62,774 bases of DNA, from contig MQRK01223291.1 in assembly GCA_001938485.1 (NCBI GenBank), forward strand, positions 1 through 62,774. Reading direction: 5' to 3'. This DNA is from Girardia tigrina (Eukaryota). The position numbers and the translations under genes were made by a program. Of the stretch, positions 41,301-53,818 are shown one piece after another. Numbering within the stretch: the stretch's first letter is position 1; each line of letters starts with the position of its first letter. A model generated the notes under the pieces. It was not told where the DNA came from. It worked only from the letters and a program-made list of their open reading frames with translations, and did not search any database.

Positions 41301-44300
41301 AAAATTAATTAAATTTTTTTACAATTATGTATAAATTGCCATTTAATTATGAGATGTTACATTATGTCCTAAAATAATCAGTTATTTAAATTGATCTTCT
41401 TATAGAACATATCACGTATCACTTGGTTACTTTATTATCTACAAATATTAAAGCATTTCCAGAATTTATTAATATTTAAAGATATTTAGGTTTAAGAGTG
41501 TAATTAAATTTTAATTTCACAAGGTACTGATATGGGATCCGGAAGCACTCATTATGTTATACAAGAAGAATTTGATCGACTGGATGGTATGTGGTGGAGA
41601 CCCCATGAAGATAATGTAAATGGTAAAAATACATTTTCGAATTTTTAATAAATCTTAAATTTGATATTTACTGCATTTCATGAAGAAGTCAAGAGATAAA
41701 GTTTACGCGATAACAATTTGAGATTGTAAATTTTATCTCTAGACTCATTGCACTTTAATTGTTTTTCCAATAACTATTTTCAAATTTATCTTTATTTTTC
41801 GAAATATTTGATAACGTAGAAATTCCCTAGGTACATTTTTAATTCTCTTCTGATGATTTGAGACAATGCACTCAGCGACAAATTCAAATTGTAAACAAGC
41901 TTAATAGTTAAACAACATTAATCAGAAATAAGAAATTTAAAAAATAATGGCTAAATTTTATAATCCAGAACGCCATTAAACTCAAATTTTATTGTCGCAA
42001 TATATTTCGGTGGATTTAAATTAAAACGTTTGATTTCCTCTGTAAGGATAGCTTTGAATTTGTTGAATTTATTTTTAACTTTGATTTGGGTAATGAAAAT
42101 GAATTCATGGTTTCTTTTTACATTGCAAGTCTTTTTACCAATGTCCCATTGATGGAAACAATTGATCTATGTTGTGATCTCTGGAAACGTAATAGTGGTG
42201 AGCATGATAGTCTTGATGAGTTTACTTTTTGGGAATTACTTACTTTTGCAACATCAAATGTTCATTTTTTGTTTAATGATAATTGGTATAAACAGGTAGA
42301 TGGTGTTGGCACCAACACTTGCATCCATTTTTCTGTCTAACATTGAAAATAAAATTCATTTGTTCACGGGTGTTAGACCTTTAGCTTATAAACGATATGT
42401 TGATGATATTTTTCTCGTCTTTAAAGAGCGTGAAAATATGTTGACGTTTTTATCTTATATGAATTCCCTTCATTCTAATATTGTTTTTACGGTTAAGCAT
42501 GAGAAGAATGGTGTTTTAATATTTTTAGATTTGTTAATTGAGAGAAAAGGGAGTCGTTACAAGACAGAGATTTATAGAAAGAAAACAGATACAGAGCTAT
42601 ATACTACTACTAAAAGCTTCTGTGAATCTAAGTATAATAGAAGTATGATAAAAGGTTTTTTATTTAGGTGTTGGTCTCTATCATCAACATACGAAAAGGC
42701 AGATGCAAGTATAGATAAACTAACAGAACTATTGCAGAAAAATGGCTATTCGAAATCATTTTTAGAGAAACTAACTATTGAGACGATAGATAAATTAATG
42801 AATAAAGAACATGAGAGTAAAGGCGAATTAAAACCCGATAAATTATCTAATGAAAATTTTAATATTTGATATACGCTAATCGTTCCTTATTCAGAAGGTT
42901 ACAAAAATTTAAATCGTCTATTTTAAAATCAATCGATAGTAAAAATTTGAATTTAAAAATCATTTCTAAATCTTACAAAATTCAAGGTATGTTCAGCAAT
43001 AAATCTCGTACTCCTTTGAGTTTATGTTCCAATCTGATTTATCAATTTTCGTGTAATGGGTGCAACCCATATACATTGGAGAGACGTCTCATCATCTCTG
43101 TAAACGGATTCAGGAGCATGGACGATTGGGTAATGGGAGTAATATTGCTGGACATATGAAGGGTTGTAAATCGGAGGTGAAAACAACTAATTTTAAAATA
43201 TCGTGCAGTAATTTTAAAAATTATTGGGAAAGAGTTACTTGTGAAGCATTATTGATTAAATCACTTAATCCGTCTATTAATGTACAAACAAGTCTCTCTT
43301 CCAATTTGTTGAAAATATTTAATTAGTTGTTACACAAGATGTTTGCATAATCATCAATTTGCTGTGTAACATTTGCTGACAGCGAAATTGTTGTTAATTC
43401 AGCCTGAAGATGGTGGAAAATCCACCGAAATATATTGCGACAATTAAATTTGAGTTTAATGACGTTCTGGATTATTAATCAGAAACTTTTAAAAATTATT
43501 AGAAATTTAATTTAAAAAAGAGCTTTCCGATCGCGTATCATGAAGTTTCGGATAAATGAATCAAATTTGTGTGAAAAATTTCTAAAATTGACAAAATAAA
43601 TAAATTTTTTCGGACTATAAAGTTTTTGGATTATTGAGGGTTGACTGTTTTCCATTATCATATCATGCATTTTAAAAGAAAGTTTCTTCTTTATACTTAT
43701 AAAAATAAATTTATATGATTTTTTTCGGTGCAGTTTTTGTGTAACATTAAGTAATATATAAAATTCAATTTACGATTGAATGGTCAACAAAATAATTGTT
43801 CGATTAGATAAACTGAATTTCAAATGAAATTATTTATGTCCTCTTCTATATTTAAGAATTATTGTTTGACTAATTTATTTTAAGAAAAAATCTTCAGTTA
43901 TATAGTGTCAACATTATTCTTATTTCATTTTATGTAAAGAAAAAAGTAGCTGAAATGAAGAATTATTAGGATAGTCATTAAAAATACTTAAATGTTTTCA
44001 ATGAACACTTCAGGCTTCTGTATTCATTTTGTAATTAAAAATTTCCCTTTCACGAAAGTTTAACATTTCAATTGATATTCAACATGGACAATACAGCCGG
44101 AAGGGTTAAATATTTTAATTGTAATGAAATAAAATAAATTTTATCTATCAAAATGATTTCTCCGATAAAGCATTTTTATTTGACATAATTTCAGAATATC
44201 ATTTATTGATTGAAGAATATGATGAAAGTAATGTAAACAAACTGATTATACCGTGTTATACATTTGAATTCGAAAACGAAGAATATAGGTATCCACAGCC

Positions 44301-47300
44301 AGGTAAGATTTTCATCATTTCTTTTTTCGTTCGTAAATCTTTATTTATTAATCTATTTATTTAATTAATTTTTTCATTAAGCCAAGAGTTCAAATTAGGG
44401 ATCTGTGAATATTTGAAATTTGATTAGATTCGAAAAAGTTTCTTTTTTTTGAATCATCGAATTTCTGTGATTTTATTTTTTTTAATTTCCAGCTTTTTGT
44501 TCATCTTTTAATTGTGTTCTATTTTTAATAATGAAAAATTTATCAAAGGAAATTTCAACTTGGATCACGAAAAAATCAAAATCTTGCATTATTCGCTTTG
44601 ATCGAAATTTTTTTAACTCTTGATTAAATGATTTTTAAAAATGAAAACATTATTAAATTTTATTTTTGAAGTCTGATTTATCAATTTAAATGACCCAAAT
44701 GGAATGTATTGCACATTTGTCAACCAAGTCATCATTTTTGTATTTATGACTGCTGAAGATGCTTAACTGAGCTTAAATAGTTTGATTTGAACCAGATTAC
44801 GAATGTCGAATTTGTATAACAATTATTATGATTTAGACTTTACTATTATTAAGAACATTGAGACAATTTTCATTTGAATATTTATTATTTTCACATTTAG
44901 AATCATCACAACTCTCGGAAGATCGTTTACCGTTTGACATCGCTCTAATCGGTTTTTTATTTCTCTTTTTAATCATGATTAATCGAACATTTTTTCTAAA
45001 TCTTTTTAAAATATTTAATTTCTAAAAATATTAATTAAAATTAATCATTTTAACCATTTCTTTATAAAAACTCAAAATAAGAGAAATGTTATCAAATTGT
45101 TAAAATGAATTTAATTTAAATTTCATTAATTTGATTTATATCTAATTAAATGCTTTTCTTTTTAAAAAAAATGTTAAACTTGATTTTAATTGTTAATTTA
45201 AAAAATATAAACTTATCCAATTATTATTTAAATTATGTTCAAATAATCAGTCACTGTAAATACAAAAAATACCATATTCAATCTGGGTGGGAGAATCACC
45301 ATTCTAAGTTCAAGATACATCATTAATACACTCACAGATTCATACAATTTAAAATATTCCTCACTAACATTGTTTTAAATAGATTTTAAATAGGAAGTTG
45401 AAAGTATGCTGAATTGTGAATGATTATATACAATTGAAGCTAATTGTTCTACAATTAAAAATAACTACATATCTTCATAATGGATTCTTGATTGACAAAC
45501 CTTAAAGTACCCCTTCTTAAAGCTAAGAATGCGCTCCATATCATATGAAAAGGTGAATATTTCACTTTAGAACAGGTGTATACTATATTAAATTTTTTAT
45601 CTTTGGGACGGCTATCTGTGCATTGTCCACATATTATTAATACTAGAGGATCCAATGATTTTATTTACTACAAAATGCAAGACTGTTTGCTATTTTACTT
45701 CTACATAATGGGATTATACACAGATCGGTTCCATAGATTTTCTTGGTTTAACTTAATTCTTCAGCGTCTTCCTTTCCTTAAATATCTTCAAGCATAAGAC
45801 ACTGAAAGATATTTGTAGCTCAAAAAATCTTTAATTTCACTAAGCGTATAACCTACATAGTTCTAAACTACGATCTGAGCTTTGATAGCCTTCAAAATAA
45901 GTAAAATTCCACACTATTAACCCTTTAAATGCGTTAAAGATTATTAAACATTAAATCCGAGCGACTTTAGTCGATTTACGCGTTCAAAGGGTTAAACCAG
46001 AAACAGTCACATTTAATCTTTAAAATTAATTGAAATGGGATGTTAAAACAAATTTATAAATATTATATAGCTATTGTTTTTCATTTCAGCCAAGTTTTTG
46101 ACAAAAAATATAATTTTTAGTTTTGTTGAAAAAATTTTGACATTTGAAACGAAAAATTAAAAAATTATTTTTTCACACACAAACAACATTTTTTTTTACT
46201 TACAATTTATTCATTATGAACGGGGCTTGAAAATTTATGTTCACGTGTATCTTGGAAAATGCTTATATTAAAATCGCGAATCATTACCCGGTGCTGTTAG
46301 GCCGCAATACTGTACATAACCGCATCTCAATGGTCGCTCTTTTAAAATTAAGTTCTTTGTGTAATTCACACCCAGCATTTTTAAGATCTTTGGCTTATAA
46401 CATGGATTATGAAAAGCTTGATTTCGATCCCAGCTTAATGCATTAAAATGGTTTTAGAAAAGGGAAGATTTGCTCCTATGAGAATGAGAGTGCTGCTGAA
46501 ATAGAAGATGGTAAAAGTTATGTATGAGTTGAAGGTAAAAATACCAATACTGCGAGTAATCAGATAGATTACAGCATTGATTCAATTCCGAATTATATGC
46601 CTCAACTGATCAATTTATTCATGGATGAATCCGAGGATAAGAATTTTGATGAATTTTAACTTGTTTAAATCAGAATTCTATTTATTAAAAATAAACAAGC
46701 TTAAATTGATTTATATTTGTTCTGTATTATATAATATCGTGAAATTTTTTTTAATATATTAATTTCACACAGTCTGCACATTAAACTTAAAAAAATAAAC
46801 GTCATTTTTGTGAAAGATATCCGACCATTATATCAATCAAAAATATATATTTTATTATGGTTTGGATCGTTGTTGTGAGTTCATAAAATTTTTGAATTTA
46901 CAATCTTATCGAATTAATAATTAAACAATTACATTCCGTAAAATAGTTTTATAGATATGTTAAAATAAGATTTTCCGAATTTAATGTAAAAATTAATTTG
47001 TAAGAAATAAAATAAATTTTACAGTAAGTTTATTAAAAGATTTATACAAAGATTTATTATAAAGTAAAAGTTAATTTTACTTTTGATGGACAATTTTTAT
47101 ATATTAGAATTAGAATTATTCTGGATTAACAATTATTTATTAAAGTTTGAATCAAAATACCAATTCCATAGCAAACAAATTATTTCTTCCAACTTACGAT
47201 TCATTCAGATAATTTATTTTGATACAACGATCAGATTTAATATTTTTCATTTACCTCGACATTTCATCCCAGATCCAATCCAATTTTATCTATCATTCAC

Positions 47301-49307
47301 GGTAATAAGTCAAGATGTATACTTTTTTCTTTTATCCACCAACACAAAATATTTTTACAAATTTTTTAAACCGAAGTCAGTCCAAAATAATTCGAAATCT
47401 CTATTATTTTCTCCACTACAAACAAATATCAGACAATCAACATTTCTTCTCGAGACTTACGATAGAAAAATCCGTTAGATTATATTTTATATCGCAAATG
47501 GCGTTCCTAATCGTATACATGTACTTAATAAGGATCACTTGAAGATCCACTAGTGTATCTATCCGAATAAAATAACATCACATTGCCTTTGTTTTTAAGT
47601 AGGGACAAAATTTGTATAATAGCTATTAATTAATTGATAATTTTATTTCATTTCTTTAGTAATGGTTTTTTATCGAAATCATAGACTTAGATAAGCCTCC
47701 CCGACTGGATAGATAACTGAGTATCGTAGAGACTACTATACCAGTATTGGCGTACAAGGTAGAAACCATAAATAGATAATACAAAGCCTACTGAGTTTCT
47801 CGCAGTACTTTAGATGCAAGAATGCGAGCTTTCAGTGCACGGGCACGCTTCGGTTTCCCAGTCAGAAAGGACCACTCATGATCATTCGTACCTTGATTCT
47901 GTAGAGTTTAGGCTGTGTAAACACATTTCGTACAATGAGTCAAAGGACATAGAAATATCCCCACATCAGTTGTATTACTTACCCGAGTGTCGAGAACCAC
48001 CCTTAGAATCACTCCTGAGTCCGCCTCCGTGTTACCGTTGAGGGGCACTGACACATCATGTATCACAATCGGGTTCGAATATTCTGTACATCCGACATCT
48101 ACGTTATTTTGTGAAACGCTAGTACCACTGGTACTACATTTGGTTCGGTGAACGATCAATAAATGTCGCTTTAACCATCCATCCGTTTTATAGGTCTTGT
48201 GACAATTTTCATGGAAATTGGAAAGGTTTGTCGTCATTCTGACGCTGTGGTGTTGTGATGGTATGCACGTTTTTGATGTCGTATACTTAGATACTATTTC
48301 GACACTTCATTATTTCAGTATCATGTAAAACGTGTCAATGTTAATTTTGAAATATTGATTGAGTTAATTAGACATAGATTTCAAATATTTTCAATTTTTA
48401 ATGTTAACTCTCCTATCCGCCAAAAACGGGGATTTACAAAAACGTAGCAGATAGGAGAAAATGGCGGATAAGAGAGTAAACACTGTATTTTATTAGTACT
48501 TCCAGAATTAATTAATAAAACCTTTAAAAACCACTAAAACGTTTATTTATCTTTTATCGCCTTTAGTAAAATTGTTCAAAAACAGAATCAAATTATAATT
48601 TGTTTTTATTAAAATTTTCAATCAAGAAGGATGATGAAAATAGTTATGATGTTTTTGCGAATCATCTTTGTTAATAAAATATTTTAAAATAACTTACATA
48701 TCGGGACGTTTTTATAACATTTCTAAGAATTCAATAAAAAATTTTAAATATTTTTGTAATTATAATAATTATTGGATTTTTTCAAATACCTTACCTTTTA
48801 CATTACTTTTTAATTACTTTTATTTTGTTGATGCATATATTATTTTTTAGGTCAAACTAATGCTCAATCAAATTTAAAAATATTAAAAATCAAAACGAAT
48901 TCAGACAACAAATCCGTAAAATGTTGATAATAATTGTCATTAGCTGAAACATTTTTTAGGCTTTTCAATGTGAAATCCTTGAACTACCCAAACATCTTTT
49001 CCAGTTGTTTCCGAATTATGAATATTTAACAAATGCTGGGTGGACCCCAGATGGAAAATTGTATTAAATTATAATAATTCATTTTATTTTGCTTTATTCA
49101 CAAATATTTAGCATTTGGATACAATTGGCAGATCGATTACAAAATTGTCTTTCAACATACTTATTATCTTTAAATAGTTTTGTATCTGTTTCAAGTCGTA
49201 AAACTGGTCAATCAAATGGATATGCAGTTTTATTTAATAAAGAACAAAATGAAAAATATTGGGTTCCGGTAACTTTTTATTATTTAATGTAATTATTCCA
49301 GCCAATT

Positions 49308-49360
<53 letters not shown>

Positions 49361-52300
49361 NNNNNNNNNNNNNNNNNNNNNNNNNNNNNNNNNNNNNNNN
49401 NNNNNNNNNNTATATATATATATATATATATACCCATACCTCGCTTTACGGCCTAGATACATTCCACGAAACTTGGCCGCAAAGCGAACAGCCGTATAAG
49501 AAATAAATTAGTCTAATACAAATTCAATGGGATCGGTTCCAAATTTGTTAAATATGTAACATGGTATATCATTTAAAATAAATTTTATCTTTTTATTTCG
49601 TTTAAATCAAAAATACATGCATAACAATGACATACATTTGTACATAAAATAATAACAGACTCAAAAAAACCAACAATAATCTATAAACAAAAATGAAACA
49701 ACTTTATAAAGAACACCAATTTGACTTTTCATATTTTTATTAACATAACAAGGTTGATTATCCTCAAGACAATCTTTGTCGAAGCTTTCGTATGATTGCA
49801 TTCTCAACTAATTGATTAATGACTTAAATCTTATTATTTTTAGCAAATGGAGAAATAGATAACTTGTTAAAATATTTACTCAAAATTTATTGGATAAAAA
49901 TTAAAATAATTGTATTAAATTATAATAATTCATTTTATTTTCCTTTATTCACAAATAAGGTGTGACCACTAAAAAAAGTGCACAAGTTTTAAAATCATCA
50001 TAACTTTTTAATTAGACCTTCAAATTGACAGAAATCTGAACAAAGACTAGATCATAATAACACAATAACTATTTTATTATATCAAACTATTAAGGCCATA
50101 AGAGTTAGCAAGCATTATTCTTTGTCTAAAATTTGCAAATAATGTCCTAAAATATAAATTTTTAAACTGCTTTGCTTTAGTATTGATTTTGCGAATCAAC
50201 TGGTCTTCAGAATCGGCAGTCCAACCCTTTTCATACACCTTCTCCTTTAAATGAGGCCCAAACTTTTCAATTGGGCGTATTTGGGGAGCACAAGGTGGAT
50301 TCAAATCTTTTTTGACAAATGGAATTTTGTTGTCCTCTAAGCACTTCAGACTTGCTTTGGCGTAGTGACAAGAAGCAAGGTCTGGCCAGAAGATGAAGTG
50401 ACCAGCTGGGTATTTCTCATTCAGATAAGGAAGCAAACGCTTCGTTAAGCACTCGGAGATATAAATATCCGAATTAGAAGCTACAGATTTCCATTTCCTG
50501 ATGTACAGGTTTGAAATGCCTCGTCTGGAAACAGTTGTCCGAACCAAAACTTTTACTGTGAATTTCTCTCGAAATTTAAGGCGAATATTATCAGGTACAT
50601 CACCGAACTTCTTTTGGTCCACATAATAACCCGATGTCATTGCTCCGGTGAGTGTAAAATACGGCTCATCATTAAGTACAAAGTCGGTTTTGGTCTTTTC
50701 CACAACAATTTTAGCGAGATTTTGCAACCTGGCTTTCTGGCGAATAATCTGTGTCGGAGTAACCTTTGGGGCTTCTTTCCTCTTTCGAAACANNNNNNNN
50801 NNNNNNNNNNNNNNNNNNNNNNNNNNNNNNNNNNNNNNNNNNNNNNNNNNNNNNNNNNNNNNNNNNNNNNTTGTCCAACAGTCAAAGTTGCACGCTGCAG
50901 AAGTCTCTTCCTTTTGTCTGACGTCATTTTAACAGGTTTCCTTCCACTTCCTACTTTTCTTTCAATGCTGCCGGTCTTCTCATAGCGTTGGATTATTGCA
51001 TATATACCTCTTCTGGAAAAATGAATGCCAGTAAACTTTGTCACAGTCTCTCTTTTACTGTACGTTTTGAAAAAATTGATTATATCTTCATGTCGTTTTG
51101 AAATCATTATAATTGTCTGTAAAATAAAACATATTAAACCAAAAATTTTAAATACCTGCTTTACTATTTCTGACCTATTAAAACAATTATTTAAATTCCA
51201 AATTTACGAAATTAAATAATATTACATTAAAAAGTTATGATGGTTTTAAAACTTGTGCACTTTTTTAGTGGACACACCTTATTTAGCATTGGGATACAAT
51301 TGGTAGATCGATTGCAAAATTGTCTTTCAACATACTTTAATTATTTAAAAAATATTAATTCGATTTAGTTATTGAAAATTGTAAATTAAATTAATTAACT
51401 TATTTAAAATTTTACAATTATTTTAAATTAGAAAAAAATAAAACGTTATATATTTTTAGATAATAATAATTAAAGTATTAATCAGCCATCTGGGTAGGAG
51501 AGACACATTTCCAAATCAACACACAACATTCAAACACAAAACATCAAACATTCTAAATATTCCTCACAAACTTCATGTGACATAAAATATGTGTATGTAT
51601 GCGTACATATTTTTTTTAAAATTACTTTAATCTGAAGACGATGAAGAATTAGTAACATGCAGATCACTGTTGTCATAATTTTTTACTAGTAAGGATGGAC
51701 CTTGCTTAAAAAAATTGTCCAAAGTTGTTCGTGTTACCTTTTTGTCTATTTTATTCTCCTGAGTTAATTCTTCGAGAAACTTTAGCGATATGTTCGATGT
51801 CAGGATCGCTTTCAAGGATGATGTTTTTTGTTCGAAATAGGAAAAGCTTTCGAGAATTTTTTTCATGTTAGCTGTTTGGATACATCAGGCTCTGTTTCTT
51901 CATCGAAAGCCGGTTCTGCTTGCAACTGAATGAGTTTCTCGTATGAAAGGTGTTAGGTTATTTTTACATTTATTAACAATACAATGTAAATTAAAATTAA
52001 AAAAAAACAAATATTTTTATGATGCAAACGATTCAATTAGTTTTGAAGAACATTTATCATATTACTTTAAATTTGTGAATTTAATTTTTTGTTATTGTTA
52101 TAAAATGTAAAAACCTTTTTCGAGTAAATTTAGGTTTTTTAAAATATATTTATGTTTATTCTACCAAATAAAATTGAACATTTTAATGTTTTAATATTTA
52201 AAATATATTCATTATATTACAATGTAAAAAAGAAATATTTTTTATAATTTGGGTTTTAAAAAAATATTTTTAAATCTATAAAGTCTATTTTCCTTAAAAT

Positions 52301-52525
52301 ATATATTTACTATATTTATTAGTATTTTATATTATCCAATCAGAATTCGGATAAAGAAAATTTCTGTGTTTGATAATGACGATTCAATTAGTTTTGAATG
52401 TTTAATAATTGGACGATCAACCTGATGATGTTTTGTCAAGAACGAAACGTAGTGAATTTTAATGAAATAAATTATTACTTAGATGATATTTTCTTGTTGT
52501 TCACTTTGTTGAAACAATTATGCAA

Positions 52526-52566
<41 letters not shown>

Positions 52567-53782
52567 AATCTTCTTTTTGTGAAATTCAGTCTCAATTATT
52601 TGTAGTCAAACAAAGATAAAACCCTTTCATTGATAAAATTGAAAACTATCTCCTGAACAAATTTTTGAGCGAAATTAATATGTTTATTAAAAATTTATCC
52701 TTTAAATATCTAAATAATGATATAAAAATTATGACAAATAACGTTAATCAAATTTGATTGTGATCAATTTCTATAAATATACCGTCGCCTTACGATAAAA
52801 AATGATACATTTACATATATAAAAAGTTATATTCACTGTGTAATAACTAAATCAAAAGTATTTAAAATAAAGTTGAAGAATGGGGTGTTTATACATTAAT
52901 TTTCGGATCATGTGATTTAATCATCAATACTTCCAACATAACCTTCCCAGTAATTATGAAATCTTTAACATGGGATTTTAAACTTACTTATATCAGCTTT
53001 ACTATTCAACTAACTCTTTCTATGTTTGAGCAATATTACTATCACTTTCCTTTCGAAAATGTTCCTGAATTAGTTCGGAGAATCGAATCGCACCCATTAC
53101 ATTTATATTGATAAACTAAATTGGAACATAATCGAAGTCCAAGGATAGATTTATTTTTAGATTTAATAAATTATTCTAATCGCATTTCATAATTGTTTCT
53201 GGAGTATAGTATGATGTATATTATTTCTCATTTTAAAGGTAGGTAAAATATATAAATAAATATAGCTGTGATGAATATAACGCCTCATATGTTGAAAGTA
53301 CTTTCCGTTTCTTCTACAAACGCATCAAAGAAGATATATGATATTATAATGGGAGAAATAAAGTTAAAATAAATTTATTTATATTATTTATTTATACATA
53401 TTTATTTAATTTCTTTTGAATTAGTTGCCAAGCAAAATAAAAAAAAATAAAATGAAAATTCTATTTTAATACTAAATATTAATTAAAAATAAAAATAATG
53501 CCAACACTAATAATAATATTACTAATAATTAGGGCACGGAATTTAATGACCTTTAAAATAAAAAAATGACTCTATTTTATTTCCTCTCTTTCCGGATGAG
53601 ATATTATTTTGTTCTTCCCCTCTGCCAATAGATTTGCCATCGCTATCAATCCGCCGCAGTCACAACACTGCGCTACCCACTCTGTTATCAATGATTATTA
53701 TTATTATTAATAATAATAATAATAATAATNNNNNNNNNNNNNNNNNNNNNNNNNNNNNNNNNNNNNNNNNNNNNNNNNNATT

Positions 53783-53818
<36 letters not shown>

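Noticed and set aside
44750-44780. Hammerhead CTGAAGA-T-GCT..AGC
   Set aside because: GAAA core is missing (TTAAA); at best a dead pLTR relic.
46237-46660. pogo-like transposase C-terminus (NGFRKGKI..DESEDKNFDEF); similarly 51627-51866 (TTLDNFFK)
   Set aside because: Suggestive only; too decayed and no TIRs to support a feature call.
47083-47542. 131-aa and 75-aa hydrophobic ORFs
   Set aside because: F/I/L/N-rich composition typical of chance ORFs in AT-rich intron.
49432-49512. Possible small Helitron 3' end (GGCCGCAAAGCG..TTAGT)
   Set aside because: Hairpin imperfect, no CTAG, 5' part lost in the microsatellite and gap.
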